64,000 bases of DNA from assembly GCA_963844715.1 (NCBI GenBank), contig CAWJPJ010000008.1, positions 800,001 to 864,000 of the forward strand. Reading direction: 5' to 3'. Below the pieces are notes generated by a model. The model did no database searches. It worked only from the letters and a program-made list of their open reading frames with translations, and was not told where the DNA came from. Both the position numbers and the translations under genes were made by a program. Below, piece by piece: positions 32,938 through 44,150 of the stretch; position 1 is the stretch's first letter, and every line of letters begins with the position of its first letter. The DNA is from an uncultured Phycisphaerales bacterium. GTDB lineage: Bacteria; Planctomycetota; Phycisphaerae; Tepidisphaerales; Tepidisphaeraceae.

Positions 32938-34200
32938 ATGTCTCACGATCTGTTTCTTCGATGTGTTCGCAGGCGGATCAGCGGCAATCCACAGGAACCG
33001 CTGTTGGAGCGATTCCTGATTTATCTCACCCAGCGTGGTTACGCTCCGGGAACGTGGTATCGGCTTCTGCGCATTGCCGATCACTTCGGGCGATGGCTTG
33101 GCCCTGGACCTTTGACGTACAAGGCGGCGCAGGGCTTCCTCAAACGCCATTTGCCGAGGTGCCGATGCACAACGCATTCGCTGCGCAGCCTGCAATGCAA
33201 TCGCGAAGCGCTGCGGCTTTTGCTTGAGATGGCCGCAATCACGCCGACTCCGTCGCCAGCCCCCATGCATTTTGCGGATCGGCTGCTGGAACAATATGGA
33301 CAGCACCTGATACAGGCGAGAGGACTCGCGCCGGTGACTGTCCATCATCGGTTGGATCTGGCCAGGCGAATGCTTCGACAGTTCCGAGTGCGTCAATCAT
33401 CACAGTTCCGCGCCTGGACGGCCGCTCAGATCCAGCAATACATCGCGCGAATGGTGCGTCCTTACCAGACGTCCACCGGCCGCGCCATGACTTCAGCGAC
33501 TCGCTCGTTCCTATGCTATTTACTGCAAAATCGCTTGATTCGGCGGGATTTGGCCGCGGCGGTTCCCGCATTGGCCCATTGGCGATTAGCGCCCTTGCCC
33601 AACACTCTGACAATCAAGGAGATTGAACGGCTCCTCAGGGCTGTCCGGCAATGCACCCCGCTCAATCTTCGCGACCGCGCCATTCTCCTGTGCATGGTCG
33701 AACTGGGTCTCCGGCGCCCCGACGTGACGGGACTGGAAGTCATCGGGGTGGATCTGGCCCATCGAGTGTTGCGCCTTCAACATCACAAGGAACGGGAGGC
33801 GGCGGCAACGCCCATGACCAGCCGACTGGCAGAGGCGATTGAAGCGTATCTCCGCAAAGGCCGTCCTGCCTGCCAGTCACCGTTCCTGTTCGTCTCGCAT
33901 CGCGCCCCGGTTGGCAAGCCCTTGTCCACTGCCGGCCTTGGACACATCGTGCTCAGGATTGCTGGTCGCGCGAGATTGCAGGGCCGCGTCAGGGGCACCC
34001 ATATATTTAGGCATAGTCTCGCCAGCCGACTGCTCGCTTCGGGAGCGCACCTTAAACAAATCGCCGACGTGCTGGGTCATCAGTCGATTGAGACAACGAT
34101 GATTTATACCAAAGTCGATCTGCGCGCGCTGATGCAGGTGGCGTTGCCTTGGCCCGGGGGCGCCAAAGACAAAACCTCCGCCGGGGAGGTGCGGCCATGA
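32938..34200 (+). CDS. ritA: RIT tyrosine recombinase A
   Basis: LGLRRPDV, THIFRHSLASRL, LGHQSIETTMIY; ATGA overlap with next gene. Confidence 0.88.
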   Translation: MSHDLFLRCVRRRISGNPQEPLLERFLIYLTQRGYAPGTWYRLLRIADHFGRWLGPGPLTYKAAQGFLKRHLPRCRCTTHSLRSLQCNREALRLLLEMAAITPTPSPAPMHFADRLLEQYGQHLIQARGLAPVTVHHRLDLARRMLRQFRVRQSSQFRAWTAAQIQQYIARMVRPYQTSTGRAMTSATRSFLCYLLQNRLIRRDLAAAVPALAHWRLAPLPNTLTIKEIERLLRAVRQCTPLNLRDRAILLCMVELGLRRPDVTGLEVIGVDLAHRVLRLQHHKEREAAATPMTSRLAEAIEAYLRKGRPACQSPFLFVSHRAPVGKPLSTAGLGHIVLRIAGRARLQGRVRGTHIFRHSLASRLLASGAHLKQIADVLGHQSIETTMIYTKVDLRALMQVALPWPGGAKDKTSAGEVRP

Positions 34201-35153
34201 CACACCAACTGACGATGGTTCGCCACGCCAGAGCCTACCTTGAATACCGCCGCTCCCTGGGCTTTGCACTGCGCGGTCATGGCAGATTGGCGATGCAATT
34301 CGCTCGTTTCCTCGATCGCCGCCGTCACGAGCTTCCAACGATCGGCCTGATGCTGCGCTGGGTCAATGGAAAGGGAACGCATTCCCAAAGCTATCGCGCC
34401 AGTCGTTTAACGGCGGTTCGCAGTTTTGCACGCTATCTGGCGGCAAGGGATGAACGAATCCCCATCCCGCCCGCCCGACTCTTATCCGTGAGGATTCGGC
34501 GCTGTCGGCCTCACATTTACAGCCCGCTGCAACTTGAGCAGCTGCTGTCCGCTGCCGGGCGGCTGCATCCTCACTTTGCGCTTCGCCCTTTGACCTATCA
34601 GACGCTTCTGGGACTGATCGCCGCCACAGGCTTGCGCATCTCTGAAGCCATCAGGCTCCAGCGCGGACAGATCGATTTGAAGCGTGGTCTGCTGGAGATT
34701 ACGCAGACCAAATTCAAAAAGTCACGCCTTGTGCCGATGCACCCGACCACAACGCGGGCCTTGCGCCATTACCGCGATAAGCGCGATCAGCAATGGGGAA
34801 CACGACAGGAAGCACCATTCTTTCTCAACGCCGCAGGCCGATATTTGCCATCGGAAACGGTACAGGCTGTATTCCGTCGGCTTTGCGAAGGTCTCGGCTG
34901 GCATCGGGGCAACGGCGAATTACCCAAACCACGCCTCCATGACCTGCGCCACAGCTTCGCCTGCCGCCGCCTATTGATCTGGCATCGCAATGGCGACGAC
35001 ATCGGGAACCGCATCGCCGCGCTGGCGACGTACCTGGGCCATGGCAGGGTCCGGGACACCTATTGGTATCTCACCGGCACCTCGGAACTGCTTGCCATTG
35101 CGGGAGACCGCTTCGGACGATTCGCCGATTCGGCAGAAGGGAGCAACCCATGA
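34197..35153 (+). CDS. ritB: RIT tyrosine recombinase B
   Basis: TGLRISEA, TKFKKSRLVP, RLHDLRHSFA, YLGH...TYWYL. Confidence 0.9.
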   Translation: MTHQLTMVRHARAYLEYRRSLGFALRGHGRLAMQFARFLDRRRHELPTIGLMLRWVNGKGTHSQSYRASRLTAVRSFARYLAARDERIPIPPARLLSVRIRRCRPHIYSPLQLEQLLSAAGRLHPHFALRPLTYQTLLGLIAATGLRISEAIRLQRGQIDLKRGLLEITQTKFKKSRLVPMHPTTTRALRHYRDKRDQQWGTRQEAPFFLNAAGRYLPSETVQAVFRRLCEGLGWHRGNGELPKPRLHDLRHSFACRRLLIWHRNGDDIGNRIAALATYLGHGRVRDTYWYLTGTSELLAIAGDRFGRFADSAEGSNP

Positions 35154-36163
35154 AAGCCAAGGAACTTATCCCCACGCTTCCACTGGCGCCGTTACTCCAG
35201 AACTATTTTTGTTCTCATTTGATCGGCCAGCGCGACCTGAGCCGGCGGACGATCCATGCCTATCGCGACACATTCCGGCTGCTGCTGAAGTTCCTGGCTC
35301 ACCGCTTCAAGTTGATGCCCGAAGCATTGCGCGTGAGTGATCTGGACCCGCCAAGAGTCCTTGCCTTCCTTGATGACCTGGAACAATCCCGTGGCAACGG
35401 CGTTCGCACCCGCAACGCCCGGTTGGTGGCGATCCATTCCTTCATGCGCTACATCGCATCCGTCGAGCCGTCGTTGTTGAATGTGGCCCAGCGCATTCTT
35501 GCGATTCCCGCCAAGCGATTCGATCGCCCATCCATCGGCCATCTTACGCGCCAGCAGATGCAAGCCATTCTGGACGCGCCTAATGCCGCGACGCGCGGCG
35601 GACAGCGCGACCGTCTTCTGTTGATGATGCTGTACAACACCGGCGCGCGAGTGTCGGAGGTGGCGGCTCTTCACGTACACGATGTGCGCCTGGATTCCCA
35701 AGCCACGGTGCAGTTGCACGGGAAAGGACGGAAGAATCGCGCCGTACCGCTGTGGCGTTCGACAACGCGATTGCTGCGGCAGTGGCTCAAGGACACTGGC
35801 GCCGCGCCTGAATCCCCGCTGTTTCCCAATGCACGAGGCGAGCCGATGAGCCGGCATGGCATCGCCCAGCGCTTGGCAACGGCCGTGGCTCGCGCCTCGA
35901 AGAAGTTGCCGGGTTTGGGGAACATCCGCGTGACTCCACACAAAATCCGGCACTCCACGGCCATGCACCTGCTGCAATCGGGCGTGGATCTTTCAGTCAT
36001 TGCGATGTGGCTGGGCCACGAACACATCGAAACAACACATCAATACCTGGACGCCGATCTGGAATCGAAGAAACAGGCGTTGGCATGCTTGGATTCACCC
36101 CGTCTGCACCGGTATCGCCGCTCTGCGCCCAAACCGCTCCTTCAGTTCCTGGAAGGCCTGTGA
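35150..36163 (+). CDS. ritC: RIT tyrosine recombinase C
   Basis: TRNARLVAI, YNTGARVSE, GKGRKNR, TPHKIRHSTAMHLL, WLGH..TTHQY. Confidence 0.9.
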   Translation: MKAKELIPTLPLAPLLQNYFCSHLIGQRDLSRRTIHAYRDTFRLLLKFLAHRFKLMPEALRVSDLDPPRVLAFLDDLEQSRGNGVRTRNARLVAIHSFMRYIASVEPSLLNVAQRILAIPAKRFDRPSIGHLTRQQMQAILDAPNAATRGGQRDRLLLMMLYNTGARVSEVAALHVHDVRLDSQATVQLHGKGRKNRAVPLWRSTTRLLRQWLKDTGAAPESPLFPNARGEPMSRHGIAQRLATAVARASKKLPGLGNIRVTPHKIRHSTAMHLLQSGVDLSVIAMWLGHEHIETTHQYLDADLESKKQALACLDSPRLHRYRRSAPKPLLQFLEGL

Positions 36164-36450
36164 TTATGTTGAGCCATCATGCACGAGAACCCCCGAAATG
36201 CAGGGATTTTCCGCCGAACTCAAAAATAATTCGGAACTCAACATAAACGCGCAGAGGTTGAGAGTTGCATATGTGCGTGGCATGGCGTTCGTCCGCTGCG
36301 CTCGACGTTCCCGTCGCCAGCAGGAAGGATTTCTCTTTTTTAGACCTCCCGGCCGCTTCTTTCGAAGCCGGGAGGTCAAAAAATTGCTTGGGCCTTTGTG
36401 GGCCTAAGCCATCCCGGTTTGGAGTTTTCTTCCTTTTCGGGAGGTGCTTT

Positions 36451-37459
36451 GTGGCACACGAGATCGACCAGACAACGGGACGAGCGGCAGTATTCGTGAC
36501 CGGCGAACCAGCTTGGCATCGCTTGGGCACGGTGATCGAGCAGGCGACCACCAGCGCCGAGGCTATCGGCCTCGCGGGATTGGATTGGCGCGTCGAGCAA
36601 TGGCCGGTCCGGGCTTTCGACCCGGACAACAACACGACAGAGGCGGGAATCCCCGACACGGTGGCGAATGTCCGCACCGATACCAAAGCGGTGTTGGGCG
36701 TGGTTGGGCGGCGCTATCGGGTGTTCCAGAACCATGAAGCTTTCGACTTCATGGATGGATTGGTTGGCGACAAGCTGGCCATGTACGAGACGGCGGGCAG
36801 TCTGCACGGCGGCAAGCGCGTGTGGATGATGGCCAGCATTCCCAAAGAGTATCGGGCCGGACCGGACGACCTGATTAAGCCTTACGTTCTCTTGACCAAC
36901 ACGCACGACGGAAGCCAGGCGCTTCGGATGATTCCGACGACCGTGCGCGTGGTTTGCCAGAACACGTTGAATCTGGCCCTGCGGGAATCGGGCGTTGAAG
37001 GATTGACCATTTCCCATCATCCCCGGTTGGAGAGCCGGATTGCCGAGGCGCGGGCGAAGCTCGGCATCATCGCGGCACGGTTCGACAAGTTTGATGATGA
37101 ACTGCACGCCATGCTTGCCAAGGAACTGACCGTCACCGAGGCGGGCGGTTACTTCCGGGGATTGACCGGGGCGGACCTTCCCCACGGCACGGATCGGCAG
37201 AAGAAAACCCGCGAGAAGGTGTTCGGGCAGATGCTCGACAACTTCGATAACGAGCGGAACACGCTTGCCCGGCGTGAAGCACACCGCATGGGGCGCATAC
37301 AACGCGGTGAGCGAATGGGCCGACCATCAGCGGAAGTACCGCGGCGCGTCACCCGCCGACAAGCTGGACCGGCAATTGGATTCGGTTTGGTTCGGCCAAT
37401 CCCATCAACTCAAACAGGCCGCGTATCGCGGAGCGCTTGAACTGGCGGGCGTTCTGTAG
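36451..37459 (+). CDS. DUF932 domain protein (phage/plasmid-like), frameshift near 37270
   Basis: MAHEI...PAWHRLG, YETAGSLHGGKRVW, LTNTHDGS, RVVCQNTL, TAWGAYNAVSEWADH. Confidence 0.82.
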
Positions 37460-37572
37460 GCGACCCCTCCCCGAACCCGCCCCGGTGCAGAAAGAGCCGG
37501 GGCGGGCTGGGGAGCGGTTGTCAACGTGACGCCGCATTCACAAGTGGCCATTTCAACGAAAGGAGATTCATC

Positions 37573-38040
37573 ATGGCCAGCTACAACAAAGTGATCCTCA
37601 TGGGACACCTGACCCGCGATCCGGAGTTAAAGACGCTGCCCAACTCGGATACGCAAGTGTGCGATTTCGCGCTGGCGGTCAATCGCCGATGGAAAGACGC
37701 CAGCGGCGACGACCGCGAGGAAGTCTTGTTCATCGACTGCGCCGCGTTCGGCAAGACCGGACAGACCATCGGCGAGAGCTTGACCAAGGGCCGACCGATC
37801 CACATCGAAGGCCGTCTCAAATTCGAGCAGTGGGAGCAGGAGGACGGCCAGCGGCGCAGCAAGATTCGTGCGGTTGTCGAGCAATTCCGGTTTGTGGACC
37901 GCAAGCCGACCACCGGACAGCCAGCCGAACGCAACGGACGCGGCAAACGCCGCACGAATGCCAAGAACAGCCGCCCGGCGCGGCAACCCGAAGGTGAGCC
38001 GGTGGGCGCGGGTGTGGGCAAGGAGGATGTTCCTTTCTAA
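37573..38040 (+). CDS. ssb: Single-stranded DNA-binding protein
   Basis: YNKVILMGHLTRDPE, IEGRL, acidic DVPF C-terminus. Confidence 0.95.
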   Translation: MASYNKVILMGHLTRDPELKTLPNSDTQVCDFALAVNRRWKDASGDDREEVLFIDCAAFGKTGQTIGESLTKGRPIHIEGRLKFEQWEQEDGQRRSKIRAVVEQFRFVDRKPTTGQPAERNGRGKRRTNAKNSRPARQPEGEPVGAGVGKEDVPF

Positions 38041-38052
38041 CCGAGGTGTCCC

Positions 38053-38406
38053 ATGCGCGAGCAATTGATCGATCCAGACGGATCGGGTGTACAGCATCCA
38101 GCGCACAGCGCAGGGCGTGGTTTGCACTGTCAACGGCAGACCACTTTCCTTGCGGCTGGACCTGTGGAATCACAGCCCGACCGGATTTGAATTCGGCTAT
38201 GGCGGGAGCGGACCAGCGCAGTTGCGCTGGCCATTCTCGCCGACTGCTGCGGGGACGAACTGGCGGTGACGTATCACCAGCCGTTCAAGTGGGCAGTCAT
38301 CGCCCGCTTTCCCGCCGACGGCGGAAGTCTGACCGGGACGTTCGTGCGCGACGTGCTGGCCGGGCTTCAAGCCAAGCGGGAATCGCAGCAGTACCGCAAC
38401 AACTGA
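38053..38406 (+). CDS. DUF6166-like protein (frameshifted)
   Basis: NHSPTGFEFGYGGSGPAQL(ALAILAD) motif. Confidence 0.65.
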
Positions 38407-39039
38407 ATGCGTCGGGGCCGTGTGGCCCCGATGTCGATCAAAGAGAATTTCAAACAACAACAGAGGTATGTTATGAATCGCAATCTATCTCAATTTCATG
38501 ATGTTCAGATTTCCGTTCCGCTGTCCAAGCTGATTCCGAACAAACGGAATCCCCGGCGCGTCAAGCCGGAGCGGGACGCTCACCGGCAAAAGGTGGCATC
38601 CATCCGGGCGTTTGGCCTGATTGCACCGCTGGTGGTCCGGGCGGATGATAAAGCAGCCGGAGGCTATCCGCGTGATCGCCGGCAATCGCCGTCTGGCGGC
38701 ACTGCGCGACGTGTACAAGGATTCAGCCAGACCGCCAAAGGTTCCATGCGTTCTGCGTTCCGTGGACGACGACACCGCCGACGCATTGGCGCTTGGCCGA
38801 AAACTTCGTCCGCGAGCCGATGCACCCGCTGGACGAGGCCGAAGCCTTCGCCAAGCTGGCGCAGGAGGAAGCCAAGGGCGTTGAATCCATCGCCGCCGAG
38901 TTTGGCGTCAGCCAGCCATATGTACGATTATGTGGTGGACAACATAAGCGCACTTATGTGTTGAGTATATTTATGTTGTCAGATCACACCAACCAGTGGC
39001 TTCCCTGGACGCGATAGGCTGTTGTGACCACATAATTTT

Positions 39040-40053
39040 TTACAATGCCTGCAAGAACTCCATCAGTTTTGGATTGGCTTTCCATGATTTGCGTTTGGAC
39101 GACCTTGGCCCAGTGAGCTCGCATGTGGCGAGCATTTTTGCTTTGGTTTCCAAGTCGATCTCGGCGTACACGTTGGTCGTATTGATTGACACGTGACCGA
39201 GCCAGGCGCGAATGGTGTTGATGTCCACGCCAGCGCGCAGTAGATGTGTTGCGGTGGTGTGGCGGATCGTGTGCGGCCCGACTCGCTTCCTGGCCAGCGT
39301 TGCGACTTTCCTGCTGGCCGCGTCGACGTGCCGCGACACCAACGCATGAACGCCGAAACGTGTGAGCGGCTCGCCGCGTTGGTTTAAGAACAGTTTTTCG
39401 CCTTGGGCGCGGTTGTCAGCCAGTTCCTTGAGCTTGTCGATCGTCGTGGGCCAGAGCGGACAAAATCGAGTTTTGTTCCCCTTGCCAACCAAGCGCACCG
39501 ATCCGGCGCCATCGGCGCGGCGTTCGATATCAGCCAGCGTCACCGCAACTGCCTCGCTCACGCGGGCGCCGGTGTTGTACAAAAACAGCAGCAGTGCATG
39601 ATCGCGGCGACCAATCTGGCGCGCAACATCCGGCGCGGCGATCAGAGCGTCAATCTCCGGCTTATCGAGATAGCACAGCGCCGGTCGATGGAACCGCTTC
39701 GATGGAATAACCCGGATTGCCGAGCACCAGGCGATGTGTTCGGGTGCATGGTCGGCGACAAAGCGAGCGAAGGCGTGGATGGCGGCAAGCCGCTGGTTGC
39801 GAGTACGTATGGTGCATTTGCGCTCTGATTCCAGGTGTGACAAAAAGCTTCGCAACCGATCAGGCGAGAGCGCATCGACTGTCAGGCGATCCACCGCCGC
39901 ACCTGTCTTCTTGGAGACGAAAGGCATCAACTGAGCGAAGGCATCGCGATAACTGCGCTGTGTGTTGCGCGATAAATTGCGTTCGGCAACCAGATGTTCC
40001 AGAAGGAAACGGCGAATCCACGTACCCAGTAAAACGCTTTTTTGTGTCATCAT
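39040..40053 (-). CDS. ritC: RIT tyrosine recombinase C
   Basis: TRNQRLAAI, YNTGARVSE, GKGNKTR, PHTIRHTTATHLL, WLGH..TTNVY. Confidence 0.88.
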   Translation of the reverse strand: MMTQKSVLLGTWIRRFLLEHLVAERNLSRNTQRSYRDAFAQLMPFVSKKTGAAVDRLTVDALSPDRLRSFLSHLESERKCTIRTRNQRLAAIHAFARFVADHAPEHIAWCSAIRVIPSKRFHRPALCYLDKPEIDALIAAPDVARQIGRRDHALLLFLYNTGARVSEAVAVTLADIERRADGAGSVRLVGKGNKTRFCPLWPTTIDKLKELADNRAQGEKLFLNQRGEPLTRFGVHALVSRHVDAASRKVATLARKRVGPHTIRHTTATHLLRAGVDINTIRAWLGHVSINTTNVYAEIDLETKAKMLATCELTGPRSSKRKSWKANPKLMEFLQAL

Positions 40054-40980
40054 CCTGCCATCGGTAAGGCGTAGTTGCGGAAGAGAGAGCTTGCCTCCTG
40101 GGCCAGTTCGCTGGTCAGTTGCAGATAAACCTGCGTCTCGCGAACGCTGCAATGGCCCAGATACGTCGCCAAGCGTGGTAGTAATTGCTGAACGTTCTTG
40201 CCCGCGGTACCAGCTAATCAGCCGGTTCACAGCGAAGGTATGCCGCAGATCATGCAACCTCGGCTGAAAGAAAAAGCTGGTTGGTCGGCGGATTCCAATC
40301 TGTTCGCGCAGGAGCTTGTAGCTGTGTTGCGCGGTCTGCTTGGCAATCCGCCGTCCCGTGCGATCGGTTAGAAACGGCTTGTCATTGCCGGCGTCGCCGG
40401 CGCGATGCTTGCCTTGGTAGGCGATCAGCAGACTGCGCAGGTCAGCGCCGATCGGCACCAGCCGGCTTTTGTAGAACTTGGTCTGGCGGATGGTAAGGAT
40501 GCTCGCCCGCAGGTCCACGTCTTCCACATTCAGCGCCAACGCTTCGCTGATGCGAAGCCCGCTGCCATATAGCAGCAACAGAATCGTTCTCATGGTGGCT
40601 GGGCTGAGTAACCAACAGTTGCGATACCGCTGACTGGTCGCTTCCAAGAGCGACTTCATCTCCGCGACCGAATAAATGTAGGGAATGAACGACCACTGCC
40701 GACGAGGCTTGTCCCGCGGCAACGGAGACGCCGATGCGTACTTGCGGCTGATCGCAAACCGATAAAAACCGGCCAGGGCATGATACTTGGAGAGCCAATA
40801 GTTGGTGACGGGGCCATCTCCATCGAGATAGCGGCGCACTGTTTGAGGAGTCACGCGCCGCAGCTCGACATCGCCAACGGCTCGGGCAAAGGCGTGGAGC
40901 AGGCCTTTTTCTCTGCAAAAACCAATGCCCAGTGATTGGCGGTACTCCACGTAACTGTTAACACAGGCCGAGACCTTCAT
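40050..40980 (-). CDS. ritB: RIT tyrosine recombinase B (frameshift near 40200)
   Basis: SGLRISEAL, TKFYKSRLVP, RLHDLRHTFA. Confidence 0.85.
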
Positions 40981-40990
40981 TCCTGCTCCT

Positions 40991-42391
40991 TCAGGCTACA
41001 TAACCACACAGTTGCCGCCGAGCGCATCGCGTCGCGCAAAACCGGTCGGGATGCCGAGAGTGTCGGCGCTCGCAGGCGGCGTTGAACTCGATCAGTTCGC
41101 CCAAATCGACGTCGCCCACCGTCATCAAGCTCGTCATATCCACCTTGGCGTAAATCTCAGTGGACTGAACGATGGAGTGCCCAAGATGATCGCCGATCTG
41201 TTTGAGGCTGAATCCCTCCGACAACAAATGGGTTGCACAAGCATGACGCAAGCCGTGCGGTCCGTAACGCTTGAGCTTTTGGCCCAGCGACTTCTGGCGG
41301 TCGCAGACGACCGTGGCAGCCGACATCAACGGGCGATAAGGCTGAAGCATGGAAATGAAGACCTCTCTGTGCCGGCAGATGGGCCGGATCTTCAGATAGG
41401 CGACGATGGCATCACCCACGGTGGAAATGAGCGGATAGGTTCCGACACGATGCAGCTTCGGCCGTGGCGGACGAATGACCCCATTCTCCCAGTCGATATC
41501 TTCCAGGCGCAGGCCGCAAACTTCGCCTGAGCGAAAACCATAAACGGCCATCAACAGCATCATCGCGCGATCGCGAACGTCGACAGGATCGTTGGTATCG
41601 GCTGAATCAAGCAGTTCACGGACTTGTGCCCATGTCGGCCCCTGGGGGTAGCGTTCGTGGCGATAGAGCCGCGGCGCATGGATGCAGTCCCACAGGGTTG
41701 GTTCGCAACCGCGCCGACCGCCGAGCCAGCGCAAGAACACGCGCACGTGACAGATATGGCTGGCGATGGAGCACCGCGACCATCGCGTGAACTGTGGTTC
41801 CTGTAGATAGCCCGTCAACATTCGCGCGTCGAGCTTCCGCAAATCGCCGCCCGGATGTTTGGCCGCCCAGGCTAGAAACAGGCCAACGTCGCGGCGGTAA
41901 ATGCCGACGGTACAGGGCGACCATCCATGTTCGGCGCGCTTGAACTCGATAAAACCCTGCATCAGATCATCGAAAGGCCCGCGGATGAACGAACGTTCCA
42001 TGCGTCCGCAAAATGCCAGCCAATGTCTTATCCGGCCCAGGAATTTATGGATGGTGGCGGCCGATGGCTTCCTACGATGCAAGCCGCCGCGAAAGTTGCC
42101 GTCACGCCATTTAGGACCCAACGTGCGCAACTGTTCCTCGTTAACAACCTGTCCAGGCTTGAGGTCCAGCAATATGGCAGCATGGAGGGTATATCCAGCA
42201 GCATGTTTGAACGTCTCCAGCGCGCGGCCATCTTCGACCAGATGCCGCAGGTAACGTTCCCGTTCCTCGCGCATCGGGCTTTCGCGGTGCAACTGCAAAT
42301 GCTTTCGACGGGTGACAAACTGCTCAAACATCGCGGAACAAATCGAGATCGGCTTTGCCCGCTGCTTCGGCAATGAGGCGTGGACGATCAA
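40991..42391 (-). CDS. ritA: RIT tyrosine recombinase A
   Basis: YGFRSGEV, PHGLRHACATHLL, LGHSIVQSTEIYAKVD. Confidence 0.85.
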   Translation of the reverse strand: MIVHASLPKQRAKPISICSAMFEQFVTRRKHLQLHRESPMREERERYLRHLVEDGRALETFKHAAGYTLHAAILLDLKPGQVVNEEQLRTLGPKWRDGNFRGGLHRRKPSAATIHKFLGRIRHWLAFCGRMERSFIRGPFDDLMQGFIEFKRAEHGWSPCTVGIYRRDVGLFLAWAAKHPGGDLRKLDARMLTGYLQEPQFTRWSRCSIASHICHVRVFLRWLGGRRGCEPTLWDCIHAPRLYRHERYPQGPTWAQVRELLDSADTNDPVDVRDRAMMLLMAVYGFRSGEVCGLRLEDIDWENGVIRPPRPKLHRVGTYPLISTVGDAIVAYLKIRPICRHREVFISMLQPYRPLMSAATVVCDRQKSLGQKLKRYGPHGLRHACATHLLSEGFSLKQIGDHLGHSIVQSTEIYAKVDMTSLMTVGDVDLGELIEFNAACERRHSRHPDRFCATRCARRQLCGYVA

Positions 42392-44090
42392 TTAGTTATG
42401 TTGCGAGTATCGGCGTGGGAGTGGAACAGCATTAGCTGATCGAATGATGGCGCACACGGGATGAATCCAACGAAAATAATGCTCTTGCCGTAACAGATCA
42501 GAAGCGAGAAGGCCCACAGACCACAGGAACATCTCTTACGGCCGAGCACATAACTAAACTCAACACATAAGTTCGCCAGCGCATGAAGCTGGCGACTCTG
42601 GCCGAGCCGGTGAAGGCCGCATATCGCCAGGGCGGAATCGACACCGCGACCGCTGAGGCGTTCGCATCCGTTCCGGCAGATCGGCAATTGGAAGTCTGGC
42701 AGGAAGTCGGCGGCAACCCACAGCATGCGCAGCACGTCCGTAACGTGATCGCCCATGCGTGGATCGACGCCAAATCCGCCACGTTCGACGTGTCAAAGCT
42801 GTCGGAATCCGCCGTCAGCAAAGACCTGTTTGCCGAGCGCGTTTTGATCGAACGTAAAGCGTTTATGGAGGCGCAGGCCGAAGCGCTTTTGGCCGAGCGG
42901 CAAAGGCTGATCGAGGAAGGTTGGGGCGATGTCGTGGTCGGACCGCAGGCCGACGTTCAGGATCGGCTTTATGCAATGTCCGATGCTCCGCAGGAGTACG
43001 ACCAGCAGACTACCGCCAAGCTCGAAAAACTGGCGGAGAAGCGGAGCAAGCTGGAAGCGAGGATCGAAGAACTTGAAGCCGGACCGGGCGAGTTCAGCGA
43101 GTCGGAGCAAAAGGCGTATCAGGACGTTCAGGTGAAGTTGGAAGCGCTGGACGACGACGAACAAGCCTTGACCAAGGAAGCCGATGTTCACTATGCCGAG
43201 GCGACCAAGGCCGTCGGCACGGCATTCCTGCTATTCGACCCGGACGGTCGGGTTCGGCGTGAATACCGTATCCCGCGTAACCGTCGCAACGCATCGGGCA
43301 ACGGTGTTCATGGGGGCAACGGACACGCCGGCAACGGTCAGACGGAGGCACCGAAGCCGCCGACTTCGGACGATCTTAAAGAGCCGCAACTTGCCGCGAC
43401 GTTCACGCATCAGGCGTTGGCGGTGCGCGAACTGCTGCTCAAAGACGACCGAGCTCGCAGGCGTGTCTTGGCCCTGATCCTGCATGACAAGGTGCGCAGC
43501 GAGGCGCTTTCCATCCGGCATGATGCCAACGGGACGACGGTCCACGCCGACCGTGCCGAAGGCTTCGCGTCAACCGCACTCGATACGCTCCGCAAACGCC
43601 GAGCCGAGTTGGACCCGCTGCATGACCAGCACTACGTTGAAGATCATGCTGCGTATGAAGCCGTGAAGCGTTTATCCGAGAAGAAGCTGGATGCGCTGAT
43701 CGACCTGCTGACGGTAGAGTGCATTACTGCCCACCTGCAACGCCGCACCGAATTGGTCTGGCGTCTGGCCGTCGAATTGGGCGTTGAGCTGCGCCGTTAC
43801 TGGCGTCCCGATGAGCGTTGGCTGTCGGGATACCAGAAGATTCAACTGGCGCACCTGATCGGCGAGTTGCGTGGTCCGGTGTACGCCAAAGCCGCCGAGT
43901 TGAAGAAGAAGTCAGAGTTGGTTGCTGACTTGGCCAAGCTGTTCACCGAGGCAGCCGAAGGCCGCATGGAGGATGCCAAGGTTGCCGCCAAGTTCAACGC
44001 TTGGCTGCCGTCCAATCTGCGGGAAGCGCCGCAGACGGACAGCAACGAGCAGGCGTCGGCGGCATAGTTCACAGCAACCACTGACAAGCG

Positions 44091-44128
44091 AAGAAGCCGG
44101 ATCGGGCATCCTGATCCGGCTTCTTTGT
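44091..44128 (+). terminator. Rho-independent terminator after parB
   Basis: aagaagccggatcggg-cat-cctgatccggcttctt + ttgtt. Confidence 0.75.
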
Positions 44129-44150
44129 TGCCTTGTCTGGACCTCGATTG

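Larger units (their letters stand above)
32792..36254 (+). mobile_element. RIT element 1 (recombinases in trio) with 69-bp perfect terminal inverted repeats
   Basis: IR 32792-32860 is the exact reverse complement of 36186-36254; three overlapping tyrosine recombinase genes. Confidence 0.9.
38922..42570 (-). mobile_element. RIT element 2 inserted in parB
   Basis: Three tandem tyrosine recombinases on minus strand; imperfect IRs ttatgtgttgagt.t..ttatgt at 38954 and ending 42570. Confidence 0.87.
38473..44067 (+). pseudogene. parB: ParB/RepB/Spo0J family protein interrupted by RIT element 2 (halves 38473-38921 and 42571-44067)
   Basis: VIAGNRRLAAL, AENFVREPMHPLDEAEAF, HTH IAAEFGVSQPY|VRQRMKLATL rejoins in frame when 38922-42570 is removed. 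Confidence 0.85.

Noticed and set aside
39040..40980. 646-aa double tyrosine-recombinase ORF
   Set aside because: RitB and RitC joined by a frameshift near 40200; RitC has its own start near 40053.
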